Virus record (IMG/VR): IMGVR_UViG_3300032214_000615
Origin: a virus
Lineage: Duplodnaviria > Heunggongvirae > Uroviricota > Caudoviricetes
Reading direction: 5' to 3' (one strand)
Length of the DNA: 37,949 nucleotides
The translations under genes and the position numbers were made by a program. The notes under the pieces are model-generated. The model was given only the letters and a program-made list of their open reading frames with translations. It was not told the DNA's origin and did not search any database. Below, in pieces: positions 34,201-37,949 of the stretch (position 1 is its first letter; each line of letters opens with the position of its first letter).

Positions 34201-37200
34201 TTCATTTTTATGGACCGATGTATTGTTTACTGGCAGTCCATATGTTACTAATACCTACAAGTTTGAAGTAGCTCCGACCGCTCAAACATTCTCATTAAGT
34301 AGAGTATATGACTTTACTAAATCTAATTACAATGGTATAGGAGTTTACTTAACTAGAGTTGTAAATGGGCGATCAATAACTACGCAATTATTAAGAAATA
34401 TAGAATATACAGTAAATACCGACAGTCCAAGTTTAACTATAACTATACCATTATTGAATAACGATAGTCTCATAATAAATGAATACAATCAAACATACGG
34501 CAGTTATTGTCCAAGTACTCCTACTACGCTTGGATTATATCCAGCTACCGTTCCAGAGGTATATTTAGATACTACATATGGAGCTAATTCCTATTTTATT
34601 ATAGGACACGATGGTAGTTATAATAAGTTGTATGGAACATATAATAATGGAATCTTAGACGATTTTCGCGATATAGCACTGCTTGAGTTTGAAAAGAGAA
34701 TATTCAATAATATAAAGACCGACGGTCGTATACCACTAATTAGTGAAGCGGTAATTCCCGGTCATTTTAGAAAAACTGAATATGAGTATAGTGAAACACA
34801 AAACATATACTCTCCTAATTTCTTAAATTGGGTAGGAACTAATAGAGTTGATTTTAAACAGCAGAACTATAATCTACTTAATAAGTTTAGCTATAATTAT
34901 GGTCAATCCAGCAATAAATTAAATAGCTCTCAATTATTACAGGGTTATTGGAGAGGAATCTATCGTTGGTTATATGATACTGATCATCCTCATACTAAAC
35001 CCTGGGAGCTATTAGGGTTTACTATTAAACCAACTTGGTGGGATACTAGATACGGTGCCGCTCCCTATACCAGTGATAATCAATATATGTGGGAAGAAAT
35101 ATCTCGTGGATATATTTGGAATAACGGAGACTCATATATTGACGAGACGCGAATTCGTCCAGAGTTATTAAAGATAATACCCACAGACGCCAGCGGACAA
35201 CTTAAAAATCCATTTGACGTAATAGTAGGAAATTATAATAGCTTAACCTTTAATCGTGATTGGAAGGTGGGAGATACTGCCCCAACAGAGACCGCATATC
35301 TGCGATCAAGTGCTTGGCCCTATGATTTAATGCGTATATTAGCGTTAACAAAACCCGCTAAGTTCTTTAACTTATTCGTTGATATGGACTCGTATTCCTG
35401 GAATACTGAATTCAGTCAATATTTATATAATGATAGATATCATTTAGATACCAGACAATTGAGCGTATATGGTAATGGACAAGCCAAGCGCAGCTATATA
35501 AATTGGATAGTAGATTATGTAAATGTTCGCGGAGTTAGCGGGCACGATGTAGTAACTACATACTTACGCAACGTTGATGTTCGTCTTACTTATAATATAG
35601 CCGGGTTTAGCTCCAAGAACTATCTTAAATTCTATATTGAACGTGCTACCCCGAATAGTAAAAATACTAGCTTTTTGATTCCAGATGAAAGCTACACTGT
35701 ATTACTTTATAATAACGTTCCCGAAACAGTAATATCATATAGTTCCGTTATATTACAGCGTGTTAAAAATGGATGGACACTATGGGGTAATAATCAATCT
35801 CAGCAGTACTTTAAGACTTTAGTTCCTAAACCAACAGGCAAAGATACCATACTTAACGTAGACGGAACTAAAATAAGAATTACTAATTCTTGGTATAATG
35901 AGCGAGAGCAAATAATACCCTACGGAACATTATTTCACAGTCAGCAATCTGTGTGTGAGTTTATGAACGCCTACGGTCAATATATGATGAATCAGGGCGT
36001 CAAATTTGAAAACGTCGATGGAGTAATACAGCAGAATTGGACCAGAATGATTGAGGAATTCATAGCGTGGTCACAACAGGAATGGGATTATGGTAGCACT
36101 ATCTCTATTAACCCTAATGCTAGAAAATTCTCTGTAGAAAAGTCTGGACTAATTGTTCAGCCATTAGGAATACAAGATAAAAATTACATTTTAAATCAAA
36201 ATTTATTACCTGTTCAAACGCAAAATTCTGTGGTATATAGAGATAATCAATCGTTCAGTGTTGAAATATTAAATGAGGGCGATACTGTTGCTCATACTAA
36301 TTTGAATATGAATAGTATTGAACACGCCGTTATATTTGATAATAATACAGTGTTCAACGATTTGATTTATAGTTTACCTACAGGATTACGTCAGCAACGC
36401 TTAATACTAAAGGGATATAAAACCGCTAATTGGTCTGGGTACGTAGACGCAGCTGGCTTTATTTTGAACGAAGATAATATCAAAGAATGGACTCCCAATA
36501 CCAAGTATTCTAAGGGAATTATTGTTCTTAATAAGAATTTATATTGGGCGGCAAATAAGCTGATTGAACCTAGCGCCGTGTTTAATCAATCTGATTGGAA
36601 GCAAATTGATTACGAAAATGTAAAAACAGGGTTACTAAGCAATCCAAGTACTAATGCTTATGAAAGCTTATACTACTACGACACCTATAGAGCTAATCTC
36701 AAATTAGACGAAAACTTATTAGCTTATAGTTTAATAGGATACAGACCACGTGATTATTTGAATGCCGCTGATTTAAGTGATACCACACAAGTCAATGTGT
36801 TTAAGAATATAGTGACTGAAAAGGGAACACCAGCATTAGCTAATTCCTTCAAGGGCACACAATTTGATCAGGGTGCTATATCGTACAATATTAATGAAAT
36901 ATGGGCAATAAACACTGGAACTTTTGGAAATATTCTAAACAGTAATTTTGTGGATATACCACTGGACGAGTCGGTGTTGAATGGAAACCCAACGCTAATT
37001 GGTTTCAGTGAAGCTGACCCTATTCAAAATGTACAACAAACTGTAACAATTAGTCAATTTGAGAATTGGGAAAGACCTCCGCTAAGTAATAACTTCTTGC
37101 CAGAACTAAGTGCGAATGAGACTACTGATGCTCTACCAACCGCTGGTTATGTTGATATTAGAGACACCGATTATCAAGTGTATGAGTTTGATGATTTAAA

Positions 37201-37949
37201 TGAAGACTTGACTATAATAAACACAGTAACGGTTAATAAAACAATTTGGATAGCAAAGTATAATTCTAGTTGGAACATATTCACGATTAGACCAGTGGGT
37301 GCCAATCCCGTACAGATAGAAAATAATCAAAATGGTACTGTGACCATAGTTTTTGATCGTCAGCATAAACTTAAAGCTGGCGACCATTTTGCCATTAATA
37401 ATTTTGATACTCTAGTAAACAAGTTTTACACAGTTAGCTCAGTGACTTCATTGAATAGAGTTACGGTTGAATATAGTCTGGACGACACTATTATCAAATT
37501 AAATGGCTTTGGAACGGCAATGCGATTGGTATCACGTAGATACGCTCAGGCCGCCGACGCTGTTAACTCTACTCTGGAACACACTGAGTTTGATACTCGC
37601 AAGATTTGGGTAGATAGTGATATTGATAATCGTTGGGCGGTATGGCAAACAGCTCCAGTATTCGCAGAAAAGTCAATATCAATTCCTACTAGCGTAGATG
37701 TGGGCAAAACAGTTGATAGCGGTGACGAAATAGGACAATTATTTGGAGACCCAACCGCTGGCAACGTATATTGCTATCGCCCGAATAAAACAGTTATAAC
37801 AATATCTGGATCAAATAATTTTGGAGTGGCAATAAAGGCGACAAAAAATCGATTGTTTATTGCGTCCGACACTCAAGTAAGTTGCTATAACAATCTAATA
37901 ACACTTACACAAGTTCTTCCAGTCGCCAACATTACCAGTATTGCGATCA
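31271..37949 (+). CDS. Giant baseplate/virion structural protein (gp7-like position), more than 2,226 aa, truncated by window end; absent from ORF track
   Basis: Starts MVNKVRTLDFLPEIFRTESNRQFLSATLDVL. Frame spot-checked at 35036 (WWDTRYGAAPY) and 37862 (ASDTQVSCY); no stop-terminated ORF is reported in this frame. Follows gp6. Confidence 0.85.
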   Translation, partial: MVNKVRTLDFLPEIFRTESNRQFLSATLDVLTAQPELNRVQGYIGSKFGYGINAADNYVIESTDTRSNYQLDPSVVFLKPDTQTPIDFVNYNGILKSLQNAGGIVNNHNRLFENEFYSWDPFVDYDKIVNYSQYYWLPLGPDAIEINNANLAKVSEYVFKSTSGGLTLSTEPGANPIINLVRGQTYTFKLETTDVNEQLWVQGIPGLSAVQGTTNTRNVLGVTNNGTKTITFTVPEVDAQSEYNILGNITVDLVTTKLYSEINGSSVSVIDGIGSIHDKTLLFFNSENKTDLYKITVDGNGVISLGIQSPIAQNKKIIVNGGLNFAGQIFYRNSADQIVQIPYLSSVLNKLYYQSSTNKNSYGEINIFESNTVSVINVDDIVGRKNYTSPSGITFTNGLKIKFNTNVIPAEFENGEFYVEGVGASIKLLPVTDYVVTELHTDIVFNLWSNIPWDIDGNNWDSDGYAPTTPDYITINRNSRDLNAWTRSNRWFHQTVIDTTIAATGAVSSKLSNIPKRAERPIIEFRGNLQLFNSGFISAGAVTYVDNVTTDPLVQINGNESYSVDEALLKNNDRVVFANATDIDVRRTVYLVSVILLDEEPILNLSPVSTVEDNYQVTVQYGTKNRGTTWAWSENTSSWRLSQKKTSVNQPPLFDIVDSNLISLSNTDYYPNTTFTGTKLFSYTVGSGSNDTVLGFPIQYSSVNNIGDINFTVDFNKDDYSYLEDFIKVNKSVNTGYVKHNVTDTEYEKLTGWIRAADNSFQYQVFKYDLNAEDTRIVCDIPAKLNTNWNSVQLYFDDTVLDSSEYTVTVLNNKTTIEFTNSISSAVTATLLIYSDVAAENSYYTVPSNLQSNPFNANITTVDVGDIRNQYRTIYSNASNVTGTLYGSNNIHDLGPLYQYGTSIIQSSSPMVLPGLFLRRNDVSFFDALQYNSNEYYNYKELLTDIAFKNDYSVYQTPAQILDNIIAEIISIKSNSSSFLWTDVLFTGSPYVTNTYKFEVAPTAQTFSLSRVYDFTKSNYNGIGVYLTRVVNGRSITTQLLRNIEYTVNTDSPSLTITIPLLNNDSLIINEYNQTYGSYCPSTPTTLGLYPATVPEVYLDTTYGANSYFIIGHDGSYNKLYGTYNNGILDDFRDIALLEFEKRIFNNIKTDGRIPLISEAVIPGHFRKTEYEYSETQNIYSPNFLNWVGTNRVDFKQQNYNLLNKFSYNYGQSSNKLNSSQLLQGYWRGIYRWLYDTDHPHTKPWELLGFTIKPTWWDTRYGAAPYTSDNQYMWEEISRGYIWNNGDSYIDETRIRPELLKIIPTDASGQLKNPFDVIVGNYNSLTFNRDWKVGDTAPTETAYLRSSAWPYDLMRILALTKPAKFFNLFVDMDSYSWNTEFSQYLYNDRYHLDTRQLSVYGNGQAKRSYINWIVDYVNVRGVSGHDVVTTYLRNVDVRLTYNIAGFSSKNYLKFYIERATPNSKNTSFLIPDESYTVLLYNNVPETVISYSSVILQRVKNGWTLWGNNQSQQYFKTLVPKPTGKDTILNVDGTKIRITNSWYNEREQIIPYGTLFHSQQSVCEFMNAYGQYMMNQGVKFENVDGVIQQNWTRMIEEFIAWSQQEWDYGSTISINPNARKFSVEKSGLIVQPLGIQDKNYILNQNLLPVQTQNSVVYRDNQSFSVEILNEGDTVAHTNLNMNSIEHAVIFDNNTVFNDLIYSLPTGLRQQRLILKGYKTANWSGYVDAAGFILNEDNIKEWTPNTKYSKGIIVLNKNLYWAANKLIEPSAVFNQSDWKQIDYENVKTGLLSNPSTNAYESLYYYDTYRANLKLDENLLAYSLIGYRPRDYLNAADLSDTTQVNVFKNIVTEKGTPALANSFKGTQFDQGAISYNINEIWAINTGTFGNILNSNFVDIPLDESVLNGNPTLIGFSEADPIQNVQQTVTISQFENWERPPLSNNFLPELSANETTDALPTAGYVDIRDTDYQVYEFDDLNEDLTIINTVTVNKTIWIAKYNSSWNIFTIRPVGANPVQIENNQNGTVTIVFDRQHKLKAGDHFAINNFDTLVNKFYTVSSVTSLNRVTVEYSLDDTIIKLNGFGTAMRLVSRRYAQAADAVNSTLEHTEFDTRKIWVDSDIDNRWAVWQTAPVFAEKSISIPTSVDVGKTVDSGDEIGQLFGDPTAGNVYCYRPNKTVITISGSNNFGVAIKATKNRLFIASDTQVSCYNNLITLTQVLPVANITSIAI

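Noticed and set aside
1-37949. Stop-codon reassignment as seen in some large phages
   Set aside because: Core genes are full length under the standard code, and TAA, TAG and TGA all terminate genes at sensible positions.

Overview
This window is part of a large T4-like myovirus (probably a jumbo phage) genome, not a bacterial chromosome. It has four blocks. (1) A minus-strand head module: tape-measure-like gene, portal gp20, small protein, acidic core protein, protease gp21, scaffold gp22 and major capsid gp23. This is followed by a convergent Hef-like nuclease and an FG-GAP repeat protein cut by the window edge. (2) A plus-strand gp26/gp51-like pair. (3) A minus-strand gp55-gp47-gp46-Holliday junction resolvase operon carrying two free-standing GIY-YIG-type endonuclease genes. 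(4) A plus-strand baseplate operon: tube initiator, gp53, hub, gp5, gp25, gp6 and a >2,200-aa ORF missing from the ORF track. T4-type late promoters (nATAAATA/nnTAAATA/nATAAGTA) precede most genes. The strongest leads are an ~820-bp ORF-free island at 12061-12878 (a ~420-nt minus-strand structured RNA candidate plus a plus-strand hairpin/repeat array), a T TTT TTC -1 frameshift signal that would fuse gp26 to the downstream ORF, and a promoter-in-hairpin switch on a homing endonuclease. All protein assignments are from motif recognition by eye; no database search was run.
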